Positions 49,136 through 62,391 of a stretch of DNA of 64,000 nt are shown here, in pieces (the stretch's first letter is position 1; every line of letters begins with the position of its first letter). This stretch comes from Eledone cirrhosa (taxonomy: Eukaryota). The position numbers and the translations under genes were made by a program. The notes beneath the pieces were generated by a model. It saw only the letters and a list, made by a program, of their open reading frames with translations, did not search any database and was not told the DNA's origin. The DNA is taken from contig OZ024743.1 in the NCBI GenBank assembly GCA_964016885.1, positions 232,252,001-232,316,000 on the forward strand, in the 5' to 3' direction.

Positions 49136-50510
49136 GACGAAATCCGAGCAGTTGATGTTGGAACTCGAAAAATACTGAACAACACCGGAAACTTCCACAT
49201 CAACAGTGACATAGACCGCCTTTACTTGAAACGTAGGCAGGGAGGCAGAGACCTAACATCAGTCCAGACAACATTTGAATGTCGCATCATATCTCTCCGA
49301 CAACATCTACGAACCTCGAAGCGTATGAGCCCGCTTCTCGAGCAAGTCTATCTGCATGAAACAGAAAAGATCATGAGAGTTGGGAAGGAACTCCTTGAGA
49401 AATATTCCCTGTGTGATAATAAAAAAAAATCACACCCAGGGATGTCGCTCAGCAGTATCGCAGTGAATCCATGGATGAAAAACTGCATGCCTATCAGCAA
49501 AAAATCATGCATGGATATGTTGCCAGGAAGCTCCAGAGTGAGAGTAATATAGATAAGGAAAGTAGTCTATCTTGGACCAACAACCGCAATATTGGCTCCC
49601 ACTTTGAAGGATACGCTTTTGCAATCCAAGAACAGGAGATTAGCACGAAATACCTGATTCACAAAAGAAATAGGGATGCAGGCAAAACACCTAGATGTGA
49701 TAACAATTGCAGCCTCTGCAGAACTAACATCGAGGATATCACCCATGTCATCAGCAGCTGCCCAAAGATGTCATCGCGGTACTATCTACCTATGAGGCAT
49801 GATGTACTGGCCAAAACACTGTACAATGCAGTTAGTCAAAAATATAGCCCCGATAACAAACACATTAAAAGCTACAACAATCTGGAAGACATCCATGTAC
49901 ATAATATGAAAGAGTACTGGTGGAATGTTCCAGTAAAAACCCCAATAAAATGCAGGCATAACAGACCAGATATTATGATATGGGACAGGGAGAAGAAAAC
50001 ATACACAGTAGTGGAAATTAGCTGCCCAGCAGATGCCAATATAATATCAAAGATTAGTGAAAAGGAGAATATTTATGCAGAACTGATGAGAAATCTGCAG
50101 ATACTCCACCCTGATTACACCTTCAGATTTATGCCTGTGATTATTGGGGCACTGGGATATGTTAGTAACTGCCTCAATACAAATCTTGAGAAGCTAGGCT
50201 TCACAGGAACAGAAAGAACACAACTAGTTAGGAAATTACAAGTACAATCCATTAATGGAACAGTAAAAATATGTAAAACATTCCAAAAATATGTAAAACA
50301 TTCCAAAAATAACTGCATATGCACATGTACAGATACAAAGCATATACACATGCACACATACAACTCAAAACATACACATGCATGCAGACATACATACATA
50401 TCTACCTAGTTGATGTTGTGTGAATTCCAATGAGAGAGTCTTGTGTCTATGTTAGAAACCGACTCTCTCTCTATTGGTAAAATGTTGTGAAATTATAAAA
50501 CCAGAAGAAC
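49136..50510 (+). mobile_element. 5'-truncated R4/Dong-type non-LTR element (restriction-like endonuclease) in (CATA)n
   Basis: DIDRLYLKRRQGGR, FAIQEQEISTK, CCHC finger CSLC...EDITHVISSCP...RHD, HNRPDIMIWD...VVEISCP...K, PVIIGALG. (CATA)n on both sides. Confidence 0.88.
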
Positions 50511-50759
50511 ATACATACATACATACATATATGTATATATATATATATACATATATACATACATACATACATATATGTATATATATATATATACACACAT
50601 ATATATATATACTTCGTTTTTGTATTTGTTTTGCAAGATTTCTTGTCTGAAAACGAGTATTGAAACATTTATTGAGAGTCATGCTGCCAATAAAAACACA
50701 CGCATCTGGTTTTCACTTCAATTTACGACAAATGTCTAGTGTTTGCGTTGAATCTTCTG

Positions 50760-50978
50760 AAGAGTGGTTGATTGGTGGCACTATTTAGAGCGCCGGAAGC
50801 ATGTTTTCATGTATTGTTTACGACACATTACATGCCGAGTTCAAATCATATCGAGATAACATATTGTTACTCTTTATAAAATAAAGGGCTAAACAAATAA
50901 TGGCACAGATATAATAAAAATTGCCCTCCCTCCAAAGAATTGCTGTCCACGTGCCTAAATTAAAAACCATTCTTATTC
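50760..50978 (+). mobile_element. Older, diverged tRNA-derived SINE
   Basis: gagttcaaatc B box and a tail gtgcctaaattaaaaaccatt similar to the 1731 family. Confidence 0.45.
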
Positions 50979-51203
50979 ATTCGTCTTAATTTTAACACGT
51001 ACAAATTCGTGTACCTTGCTTATGTACAGGGTTTCATTTTAGAAGATGTATTTTCTATTGTATTGAAAGCACCCTGCGTAAAATGTGTGATGTATATATT
51101 TGTTTTATTTTATATATGTTGTACCTATATATAATTCGTATGAATTGGATATGTATTTAACTGCAAGAATCACATCACCACCTATTTCTCCTAATTCATT
51201 CTC

Positions 51204-51282
<79 letters not shown>

Positions 51283-51432
51283 TCTCTCTCTCTCTCAGTA
51301 TCTCTCTCTCTCCTCTCTTCTCTCTCTCTCTCTCTCTTACACATTCTCTTTCTTTCTTCTTGGTTAATATGCTGAGCTTTGTTTCTATATCTTCTCTCCA
51401 CTCTCTCTCACCCCACCTCTCTATCTCGCTCG

Positions 51433-51485
<53 letters not shown>

Positions 51486-51490
<5 letters not shown>

Positions 51491-52271
51491 TATAAATTAT
51501 ATCCTTAGAATCATTTGATAAGATATATACTCCATTTCATCTCCAAATTAGCATAATTAACCACACAAAAAAACAATTAAATCAGGCTATAAGATTAAAA
51601 GGCACCTGTCAATAAATAATAGATAAATAAACGATAGCCACCTATTCGCGATCAACAGCCATAGAATATTTACCCTGCATTTCAATAGCACGTGGAAATC
51701 GATTAAATATATCGTCAACCATACACAATTAGGTATAAAATTAAAGTTAGAAGAAAAAATGCATATACACATACCAGGATTACGTTTCTACCCTTTAGGG
51801 TTTCGTTCGCTTTCGGAAATATCCTATCAAGGATAAATTCTCGAGCTTCTAACTCATCAGGAAACAAACTCACTTGGACAATGATTTTTCCTAAATGATC
51901 CCCACCAGAAACGAATTCAGAATGGCTAAGAACTGTGACGTGGCAGTGGTCAAGTCAGAAAGAATGTGATTGGTGCCATACGGCTAGTAGGCTGGTTGCT
52001 AGGAAGCGCAGCCTAATATTGCCTAAATTGCATCTCAACCTTATGGGAGATTATCAAATATAAAGATTTACATATACACAAACTAGACAAAGTCATAGAT
52101 ATGTTTTTGGCAACCATTCACGATGTGACTCAATGATGAATTAATAAATTAAATAATCAGAGCAATATACTATAAATTATGTCCTTAGAATCATTTGATA
52201 AGATATATACTCAATTTCATCTCACAATTAGCATAATTAACCACACAAAAAAACAATTAAACCAGGCTATA
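51486..52271 (-). mobile_element. ORF-less HHR-containing unit, 680-nt period with ~105-nt terminal redundancy (retrozyme-like)
   Basis: 51486-51591 is directly repeated at 52166-52271. (TA)n on both sides. Confidence 0.75.
51784..51865 (-). ncRNA. Type I hammerhead ribozyme
   Basis: Minus strand: GTTTC-CTGATGA-GTT...AAC-GAAAC-CCT(aa)AGG-GTA/GAAAC. Canonical core and a full stem III. Confidence 0.88.
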
Positions 52272-52314
52272 TATATATGTATATAAATGAAAACAATATA
52301 TATATATATATTTA

Positions 52315-53503
52315 TATATACAGAAACACACAGATACATGCGGACACATATATCCTTGAAATAGTGGTGCCAACCTCTACCGATGTTGCTCTATGAATAA
52401 CTGGGACAAAATAATCCGAATGGATTAAATTGATTCAGTATCAGAGCTATATAATACATTATAAAGAGAGAAGAAACATTAGATATGATTAATAAGATAT
52501 ACCATACCCAAATTCCTTCGTTACTCCTCGACTACGTAGTTTCGTGGCTTATTATGCCAAAACACTACATCACAGAGATATATAGAATGTTTGTGAGGTC
52601 TGCTACGGCTTTGATATGAGTACCCCCTCCGCATCCGTGGTATTTTTTTCATGGTTGTAAGAGGCTTATCTCTGTTTCTTGACCGCTGTATCACGTGATT
52701 GACTCCCCCTCCGCCTTTCGGGATTCTATCTCGCGTCCTACGGATGTGTTTTGAAACTCTTAATGAGGTATTCTCTTGATAAGTCGGCAGACCTCGCAAA
52801 AATTCTATATATCTCTGTGATGTAGTGTTTTTGAATAATATGCCACGAAACTGTGTAGTCGAGGAGTAATTAAGGAACTTGGATATGGTATATCTTATTA
52901 ATCATATCTAATGTTCTTCTCTCTTTATAATGTATTATATAGCTCTGATACTGAATCAATTTAATCCATTCGGATTATTTTGTCCCAGTTATTCATAGAG
53001 CAACACCGGTAGAGGTGGCACCACTAATTCAAGGATATATGTGGATATATTCATGTATGTGTCCGCATGAGTCTGTGTGTTTCTGTATATTGTTTATAAC
53101 TCCCTTTGATAGAGTAACCATTGAAGTGTAGTGACTGCTGGAAAGCTATCATTACTCATACTTCTCGCCATCTTAGCCACCTCTTCTACGGCTTTGATAT
53201 AAGTACCCCGTCCGCCTCCCCGTCCGCCTCAGTGGTATTTTTTTCATGGTTGTAAGAGGCTTAGCTCTGTTTCTTGACCGCTGTATCACGGGATTCTATC
53301 TCACGTCCTACGAATGTGTTTTTAAACGCTTAATGAGGTATCTTCTTGATAGGTCCGCAGACCTTACAAAAATTCTATATATCTCTGTGATGTAGTGTTT
53401 TTGCATAATATGCCACGAAACTACGTAGTCGAGGAGTAATGGAGGAACTTGGGTATGGTATATCTTATTAATCATATCTAATGTTTCTTCTCTCTTTATA
53501 ATA
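52315..53503 (+). mobile_element. ORF-less ~1.55-mer tandem (period ~570-583 nt) with inverted arm and an HHR-like motif per unit
   Basis: ctacggctttgatat.agtacccc at 52603 and 53186. ~52315-52603 is an inverted copy of ~52787-53090. Motif CTGTGA-T-gtagtgt...atgccac-GAAAC-TACGTA-GTC at 53385-53430, with related copies at ~52815-52860 and inverted at ~52530-52575. Confidence 0.65.
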
Positions 53504-53514
53504 TATTTATAATA

Positions 53515-53589
<75 letters not shown>

Positions 53590-53615
53590 GGAAACTATAT
53601 TTATACATCCATATT

Positions 53616-53678
53616 TATTTTATTATATATATTTCAAGGGTACCAAAACACTTTGGTACGCTTTCTTCAGATAAAATA
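53616..53678 (-). ncRNA. Type I hammerhead ribozyme (family D)
   Basis: Minus strand: TATTTTAT-CTGAAGA-AAGcGTACCAAA(gtgt)TTTGGTACcCTT-GAAAT-ATAT-ATA/ATAAAATA. Confidence 0.82.
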
Positions 53679-53876
53679 CAAAATTTGTTTAAGAAATAGA
53701 GAAATACCCAGGAAAATATACCTTATCAGTTGGATATTCTCTGGGTAGTGGAAATGTATTAGGGATTTTTCAAACTTATGGGTGAATATGCAAATGAATA
53801 TGTAAATAATTGAAAAACAACCGTTTATTTAAACGACTATTGAGAGAAAGAAGAGAGAAGAGAAGAATGACAAAAT

Positions 53877-53954
<78 letters not shown>

Positions 53955-54621
53955 AAAAAACCGAACATGAATAAAAACTCATATAACGTTAATTTTAGGG
54001 AAATATATTCGGACAATTACGTATGTTTATATGTAAATATATATCTTAATATTATGTGTATTTATATTAATTGTTTAATATTTGTTTATAATATAATATT
54101 TTTCATTCGTTTATAAGTAGATAAATAAATAGATGGGTATATCATGTTATAGATATTTGTCCAAATGAGTTATGAGGGAGATTGGTTTTGTATTTTATGT
54201 AAATAAATATGCATTTAAAATTGAGAATAATTTAAAATTAAATTAAATTAAATTAAATTAACTAAGTTAAGTAAGAATATTTATATTTATATGATTTAAA
54301 AGGGCAGATAAGCAAAAAAATCCGGTTTTATTTATTTATTTGTTAGTGTGAAACTATTTAGTCAGAATAAGTATAGATGTTTAAGATACATTTAGACAGA
54401 ATCAGTTAGTGGTTATTAATCTATTGAAAAAATATTGAAAATATATTGAGAAAATATTGAAAGATATTGAAAAAATATTGAAAAAATATATTGAAAAAAT
54501 ATATTGAAAAAATATATTAAAAAATATTCTTCTCTGGACAAGAGCCGATAGAATAAATAATTTTGATATCACCATGGGATCATCCGACTCGGCGCAAATA
54601 ACGGATCTTGTGGGGTTATTT

Positions 54622-54810
54622 ATTAATAATTGTTTCTACTTTTGGCACAAGGCCAACAATTATCCCAGCTTATTACAGGTACTTTATTTTATCGACCCCG
54701 TAAGGATGAAAGGCAAAGTTATCCTCGGCGGTATTTGAACTCAGTCCGTAAAGGGATGTAACTGTGCTGTAAAGCATGGTGTCCGACCTTCTACCGATAC
54801 TGCCAATCCA
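54622..54810 (-). mobile_element. tRNA-derived SINE interrupting the Naiad-like RT
   Basis: Same family as 1731-1921. Splits the ...VGLF and ...GLYRDD coding segments. Confidence 0.8.
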
Positions 54811-56806
54811 ATAATACACTGCATAGAAAATTACCAGAGATGACCGGTGGCTTATATCGTGATGATATGCTGCTTTTAATTGAAAATCATAGTAATTGTG
54901 AAATTAATAGGAAAAGAAAATCCATAATACAATTCTTCAATAACTACAACCGTAAGTTAGAAATAGAGAATAACTATAAAATTAACTTTTTAGACGTAAC
55001 ATTAAACCTTTGCACAGGGCTCTACTATCCATTCCATAAAATTAATGAGAATCTAAACTATGTATGTTTTAACTCTAATCATCCTAGATCTATTAAGAAC
55101 ACTATTGTCAATTGTGTCCAACAACGGATTTCACGCATCTCCGCTAATAAAAACATTTTTGATGATAAGGCAGAATATTATAATGAAGCTTTAAATAGAG
55201 CAGGGTATATAAATAAGATTAATTACATCGACAACAATAATAAGGCAAATCACCCTGCTATAATTATAATAATAATAATAAAAAATTTAACTTAAACTCT
55301 AAAACTAACAGAAGAACTAGAACTAGAAATATTATTTGGTATTCACCCCCATTCTCATTAAGCGTTAAAACACCATTAGCAAAGCTATTCTTTAAAACAC
55401 TAGACAAATGTTTTCCTTAAGCCCACAGATACCACTCAATCTTTAACAGACATACTATAATACTATCCTACTCTACTACTATGAACATAGCACAAAATAT
55501 AAATAAAATTAATAATAGAAACTTAAATTTAAATCATAACCAAAATAACCAAAATAGTAGTAATAATTCTAGTAATATCCAACCTAATAGTACCGTTACG
55601 AGCAACAACTCCGCAAAATGTAACTGTAGAATTAAATGAAACTGTCCTTAACAAAATAAGTGTTTAGATAAAAACGTGGTCTATAAATGCACAGTTAAAA
55701 CTAGTGATAATATATTTAACTATGTCGGTGCAACTTCTACAGAATTTAAAAGTCGCTGGAATAACCACAATTTTTCTTTCCGAATATTTGATAAAAAATC
55801 TTCAACTTCTCTTTCAAACCTGATATGGAACTTAAAATGCAAGAATATAGACTATTCATTAGCTTGGGAAACAGTTTCAAAAGCACCCGCATAACGAAAT
55901 ACAGCTCTATCCAGATTCTGCAAATTGTGTATTGAGGAAATTCTTTATATACTTAACTATAAAAACTCAATTAATCTAAGAACGAATTTGTTTAATTCTT
56001 GTAGACATCGCCAGAATTCAACATTCAGAAATATATATAACTTATAATTTTACTTATAATATTCCTATTAATCTCTTCTATTTGGTTTTAATATATTGAT
56101 ATCTCTAAATCATAATATCTCTAGCATTTGTTGTACTTCAACGTCTTAAAAATGTTCATATACGTATATAATTCTAATTTCTTTTGAATTTAAAAAAAAT
56201 TTTTTTTTTTTTTTTAATACTTATCTTTTAAAAATTTATTTGAAAGAATTTTTTCAAAATTTTCTCAAAGATCTTTTCGAAATTTTTCTGAAGGTTTTTT
56301 TTTTTTTTATTTTTTTTTTTTTATTTTTTAAATATTCTTCTCAATATTTTTTAATATATTTTTTCAATATATGTTAATATATTTTTTCAATATTTTTTCA
56401 ATATCTTTTCAAGATTTTCTCAATATTTTTTCAATATTGTTTCAATAGATTAATAACCACTAACTGATTCTCAAACTTCTATACTTATTCTGACTAAATA
56501 GTTTCACACTAACAAATAAATAAATAAAACCGGAGTTTTTTCCTTATCTTCCCTTTTAAATCATATAAATATAAATATTCTTACTTAACTTAGTTAATTT
56601 AATTTAATTTAATTTATTTTAATTTTATATTATTTTCAATTTTAAATACATATTTATTTACATAAAATATAGAACCAATATCCCTCATAACTCATTTGAA
56701 CAGATATCTATAACATGATATACCCATCTATTTATTTATCTACTTATAAACGAATGAAAAATATATTATAAACAAATTTTAAACAATTAATATAAATACA
56801 CATAAT

Positions 56807-56995
56807 GGTATTTACTTTTGGCACCAGGCCAGCAATGACCCAGTGCATTACTGGTACTTTATTTTATCGACCCCGTAAGGATGAAAGGCAAAGTTAACCT
56901 CGGCGGGATTTGAACTCAGATCATAAAGGGAGGTAACTCTATGCTTCAAAGCATGGCGCCCGACCCTATACCAATACTGTCAATCCACCGCCCTC
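56807..56995 (-). mobile_element. tRNA-derived SINE with 17-bp target-site duplication
   Basis: atataaatacacataat at 56790-56806 and 56996-57012. The empty site is visible in the inverted arm at ~54051-54067. Confidence 0.88.
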
Positions 56996-57136
56996 ATATA
57001 AATACACATAATATTAAGATATATATTTACATATAAACATACGTAATTGTCCCAATATATTTCCCTCAATTTAACGTTATATGAGTTTTTATTCATCTTC
57101 GGTTTTTTCCTTCTTCTCTGTCTCTCTCTCACTCTC

Positions 57137-57168
<32 letters not shown>

Positions 57169-57327
57169 CCTCTCCCTATTTTGTCCTTCTTCTCTGCTCT
57201 CTTCTTTCTCTCTATACTCGTTTAAATATACGGTTGTATTTCAATTATTTACATATTTATTTGCATATTCACCCATAAGTTTGAAAAATCGCTAATACAT
57301 TTCCACTATCCAGAGAATGTCCAACTA

Positions 57328-59351
57328 ATAAGGATTGGGATGTTCTTGGTAGAGAGGTCGATATTGTGTATTCGCATGGTGCGGGTGAAACAAATTGAGC
57401 TCAGCGGAAACGTCTGGATACGGCGTGGTAGGGTCGGAAAGTGCTCTACTACGGGGATAGGAGCTAGATAACGAAGGAAATGTGGTAAGGAACCAGGTGG
57501 ACCATAACGCACCAAAGTACTCAATACTTAGGGTAGTAGAGTGGGTAATAGGAACAAGTAAGACCCCGACGGCTGAGCTCAAGCCGTTTCGACGGCTAAT
57601 TCTGTACTGAATGAAAAAATTATTCTGGTATTTAAATAGCCGAATTTAAAGACTTAAAGACCCGGCTATACCAACACAGACATACCTTCCGAAACCCGGC
57701 CCGGCGTCACGCCACTACACTTTCGGGCCACATATGGGACCTCAAGGACACAACATCAACTATGATCTCACTTGGAAATTACTGTCCAGAGCCAACTCTT
57801 ACACGGGAGGACGCCGTCCGTGCAATTTATGCTCGGAGGAAACATTACAAATGCTGTTTTCGACGGACCAACTCCTAAACAAGAAAGATGAGCTGGTTAC
57901 TGCATGTAAACACCCATTACGTAGGACTTACCTCGCCCTCAAACCCCATAATGACCCGGGGTAGACTAGGGCTATAACACCCCACTTGCCTATTTTGTAA
58001 TGGGGAACCCCTGCTTGCCTATGGAGACGTAAGATCTTCTTTTACATTCTTTTATCGCTTCCTCTATATTTCCTCCTTCCCCCACCCCTCTCTAGTCCTT
58101 CTACCCCAGTTCCCTTTCTTTGTCGTCGTCTCTTTCTCGCCCACCCGAGGTATCCCATCGGTCCCTTGTAGCTTCAGCACCCCACCCCCTCCCCTATTCT
58201 ATGATAGATGTGACTGACTCCGCTTTTTATAGCAGAGGTGTTAGTCTTCGGATACTCGCCCCCTTCTCCGACCGCTGTCCCCTTTTTCCGTGCCTTCTAT
58301 ATTTCTTAGTGGCATCTTTGCTTTAATTTCTCGTTTACCCAGTATCTTTTTTCTTTTTCCCGTTTTTTTGTTTTTTTTTTGGGGGGGGGGGTCCCTGTAT
58401 TAATTTTCCGTTCTTTACTTTTACTTCGTACGATCTTTCATGTAGCTTGTATAAGACCTTTTGTTTCGTGGCGGTACCCTTAGAGTTAGCACCAGTATTT
58501 TTTTGCGGGACCCTGAATTATATTCTCGTACTAGTTTACTTTCTTGCACTGCGTGGTTGCTGGCCCTGTGTTTGGGATAGAAACCTTTATTATTTTCGTG
58601 GTAGTCTCTTTAGTATTCTGGCCCCCCTTTTGTTGACCCGTCACCGTACGATACACGCACTTATACCTCGTATAAGGGTCCCTTAATTTCCGTCCCACCT
58701 AGTTATCTTCTATTATTATCATTTATTTTTTTATTCTACATTATATATATATATATATATATATATTTTTTTAAAATTTATTTATCTATTCTTTTATTCA
58801 CTTATTTGTTTATTTATTTATTTATGTATTTCTTCAGCCTAGCAATAGCGAGAGACTTAAGTCTTAGTAACCAGATTTTGCTTATATTTTTTTCTCTCTC
58901 AGTACCTTTTACAGTTTTACCTTTCATTGTTCTACTTACTGCTTCGACCTCCTCCCCCTCCCCCTCCACAGTATCCTCTTTGACCTCACACCCAGCTGTA
59001 GCTGGCACTACCAACGCATGAATGGGTCTACTCCACCCCCACTCCCCTTTTCTCCTACTGGCAGGTTTAGCTACCCCTTCCCCCACCAACTTGCCATCAC
59101 AGATTTACTACTAACTTGTGATGTGACCAATCCTGGTGATTATCTCTTTGACCATATATGGAATTACCCCTTGATAAGTTCGGTTATTTAAATACCAGAA
59201 TTAATTTTTCATTCAGTACAGAATTAGCCGTCGAAACGGCTTGAGCTCAGCCGTCGGGGTCTTACTTGTTCCTATTACCCACTCTACTACCCTAAGTATT
59301 GAGTACTTTGGTGCTTTATCGTCCACCTGGTTCCTTACCACATTTCCTTCG

Positions 59352-59353
<2 letters not shown>
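57328..59353 (+). mobile_element. Naiad-like PLE family C: ORF C-terminus, long 3' UTR, HHR, and inverted pseudo-LTR (57328-57648)
   Basis: WKLLSRANSYTGGRRPCNLCSEE...LLNKKDELVTACKH. The inverted arm extends to an ORF start MRIHNIDLSTKNIPI (Naiad-type KNIP motif). Confidence 0.85.
59166..59260 (+). ncRNA. Type I hammerhead ribozyme, U3-A8 core variant (family C)
   Basis: ACCCC-TTGATAA-G..CGGTTA...TAGCCG.C-GAAAC-GGCT(tgagctc)AGCC-GTC/GGGGT. Confidence 0.8.
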
Positions 59354-59448
<95 letters not shown>

Positions 59449-59475
59449 TATAAATATATATATATATATATATGG

Positions 59476-59835
59476 TATTAAATAAATGGAAACTATATTT
59501 ATAAAACCATATTTATTTCATTATATATATTTCAGGGATATCATATTAAAAATATGGTATGCCTTCTTCAGACAAAATACAATATAATCAGTCTTATAAA
59601 TAGATAGATTTGACATACCTTACAACTTCAACTTCCATTTAAAAAGTTGATTTGGTAGTGAAAAATTTTAGGGACAGTTATAAAAAGAAAGAAAGAAAAA
59701 AAGCGAAGAAAAAGAAGAAATGCATGCAACTAAACAGAGAGAGATAGATATAGAGAGATAGATAGAGAGAAGAAATTCATGTAAAGAAACAGAGAGAGAT
59801 AGATAGAGAGAGAAAAAACACAGAGGGAGATAGAT

Positions 59836-59867
<32 letters not shown>

Positions 59868-61859
59868 AAAAATAGAGAGAGATAGATATAGATAGAGATA
59901 GAGAGAAAGAAAATAGGTAGTTGGGCACCAGTTGAATGACGTATCAATGATATATTTATTTATTTATTTATTTATTTAGTTCTAGTATTAAGGTAGAGAG
60001 AGATATATGTGGATAGGAGAGAAAACAGCCGTTACATAGAGAGAAAAGAAAAATATCCAGAGATAAACGAGGCAGATTTAAAACATTATGTTTCATCAAT
60101 GTAAAAATATCAATTCGTATAAATTAGGTATTATAATGTAAATATCAGTATTCATGAATGAGACACGCATCAATAATGTGTGAAAAATAATGATCATATG
60201 TCTAGTTTAAAATTCCTAGGTTTATATCAGAACTGTGTTAAAAAACTGAGTTAAAAAAAACTGAGGTAAAAAACTGAGATAAAAAACTTCAAAAAAAATT
60301 GAAATACATAAGTATATATGCACTTTCATGAAAAAAGAAAAAGAAAAAGAAAATAGAAGGTTATCCCAGATTCGATACTATAGACTTCCATGTGAATTTA
60401 CGTGATCAACTCTTCAAATTCCTTTTTCACATGAAAACATTCTCATTGTGCTATAAAAATTATAGTATACATATATGTGTACATACACACAAATATATAT
60501 AGAATCTACATTAATTTTAACAATACTATTCTTGTCTTTACTCTACATGATTATCGTTCAAGCATAAATAGACAACAGATATCAAAATCAATAAAAATAT
60601 CCAAAAATTAAAAAATATTAAAAATAAAACACAGTATTAAAAATAAAACACAGTATACCCCGCAAATCAACCACAGAGATCAACCCTTCAAAATTAATTG
60701 ACAATATATTGCCAAGTTCATTATAAGCATCAGAATCAAAAGCAAACAAAACCAAAATTATTTACCAAATCCTGTCTAGCAGAAATCATTCCAAAAGTTT
60801 AGGATACCCATTTGATCTACAGATGGTCTTATATTTATTATAGAAGTTTATCTAGTGTAAAATTTATTCGATATATTTGGAGCATCAGTTTTTAGGGTAG
60901 TTTAATTATTCATGAAGAATGTTTAAAAAAAAAAAAAAAGAAAGAAATCGAAAGATTTATCGGCGAGTTTCATAAATAATTATAAATCATAAGTAAATAT
61001 ACTACATTTTAAATTTATATTTATATTTAAAAGTTGAGTTCAATCTCTGTCTGCAGCAACTGAATAAATTTGTCCGTAAATTAAGGGAATTTTTAGATTT
61101 TAGTATAAAGAATATCTCCTCCGCGCAGAGGTCACATATCTCAGAGGATGAATTAAAAGGAATCCCTCTTGAGACTATATTCCAAGCCATCGAATATCCA
61201 ACGTTATCATGCTTAAGTTGCCAGAGTAAGCCTGATAGTGATGTTGAAGATTTTTTGCTTGGATCTGTGAAAGAATACTTGTGGTTATTATAGCGAAGTT
61301 TAAATTCTGTCGAGGTGGAACCAACATAGTTAAAAGAATTTAAGTCCGTTTTAACATTACAGTTGTATATTATATTTTTAACTAAGCAATTGTTATTTAA
61401 CGGACATTTAGATCTATCTCTACAGTTACATTTGTTTACTTGGATATTATTTATGCTATTATCGGTATTTTGGCTAGGTTTTAAATTCCTATTATTTATT
61501 CTATTAATATTTTGTGCTAAATTTTTGGTGGATGAGTAAGTTAATTTTATAGTATGTCTATTGAAAATTGAGTGATACCTATGTGTTCTAGGGAAGCGAT
61601 TATCAAGAGCATTAAAAAATAGTTTAGCGATGTGGGTTTTAATGTTTAGTGAGAAAGGGGGGGCAAACCATATTATATTCCTAGTTCTATTTCTTTTTTG
61701 GCTTTTGGAATTATTGTAATGCTTTCTATTATAGTTGTTAAAGTTGTTGCCGTAATTAAAATTGTTATTTTGGTTAGTTTGTCTATTATTATCTATGTAC
61801 ATAATTTTATCACTATATCCTGCTCTAGCTAACGCTAATATCTATCTCTCTCTATTTTT

Positions 61860-61893
<34 letters not shown>

Positions 61894-62300
61894 ATCTATA
61901 TCCCTCTGTGTTTTTTCTCTCTATATCTATCTCTCTATATCTATCTCTCTCTGTTTAGTTGCATGCATTTCTTCTTTTTCTTCGCTTTTTTTCTTTCTTT
62001 CTTTTTATAACTGTCCCTAACATTTTTCACTACCAAATCAACTTTTTAAATGGAAGTTGAAGTTGTAAGGTATGTCAAATCTATCTATTTATAAGACTGT
62101 TTATATTGTATTTTGTCTGAAGAAGGCATACCATATTTTTAATATGATATCCCTGAAATATATATAATGAAATAAATATGGTTTTATAAATATAGTTTCC
62201 ATTTATTTAATATCGTAAATATACTCCAAATACTTGTTGAGTGCTTTTATATCAGTTATAAATATTTACTCGTTGTAACCCAACAATTTAAATAAAACTT
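59476..62300 (-). mobile_element. 5'-truncated Naiad-like PLE family E with inverted 3' arm (~61840-62300)
   Basis: ORF 61002-61802: RNIIWFAPPFS, CNCR...CPLNNNCL, YVGSTSTEFKLRYNNH, CDLCAEE. HHR at 59514-59579 (-) and 62109-62174 (+): TATTTTGT-CTGAAGA-AGG...CCT-GAAAT-ATAT-ATA/ATGAAATA. Confidence 0.88.
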
Positions 62301-62391
62301 TGCATATATATATATATGAATATCTATATATACTTATACATGATCGGTATTTCTTCTCAATTTTCGTCGACCGGATTTCTTTCTTTCACAG

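Larger units (their letters stand above)
53585..57330 (+). mobile_element. 5'-truncated Naiad-like PLE family D with large inverted 3' UTR arm
   Basis: FDITMGSSDSAQITDLVGLF (~54560), GLYRDDML, NFLDVTLNL, SNHP, IIWYSPPF, CNCR...CP, YVGATSTEFKSRWNNH, CKLCIEE, with several stops. ~53721-54530 is an inverted copy of ~56335-57330 and continues to an HHR at 53616-53678. Confidence 0.88.

Noticed and set aside
54540-61802. Selenocysteine recoding as reported for some Naiad PLEs
   Set aside because: The TGA in CNCRIK*NCP (~55638) is not at a conserved Cys and lies among other stops. ORF 61002-61802 has ordinary Cys codons, and no convincing SECIS was seen by eye.
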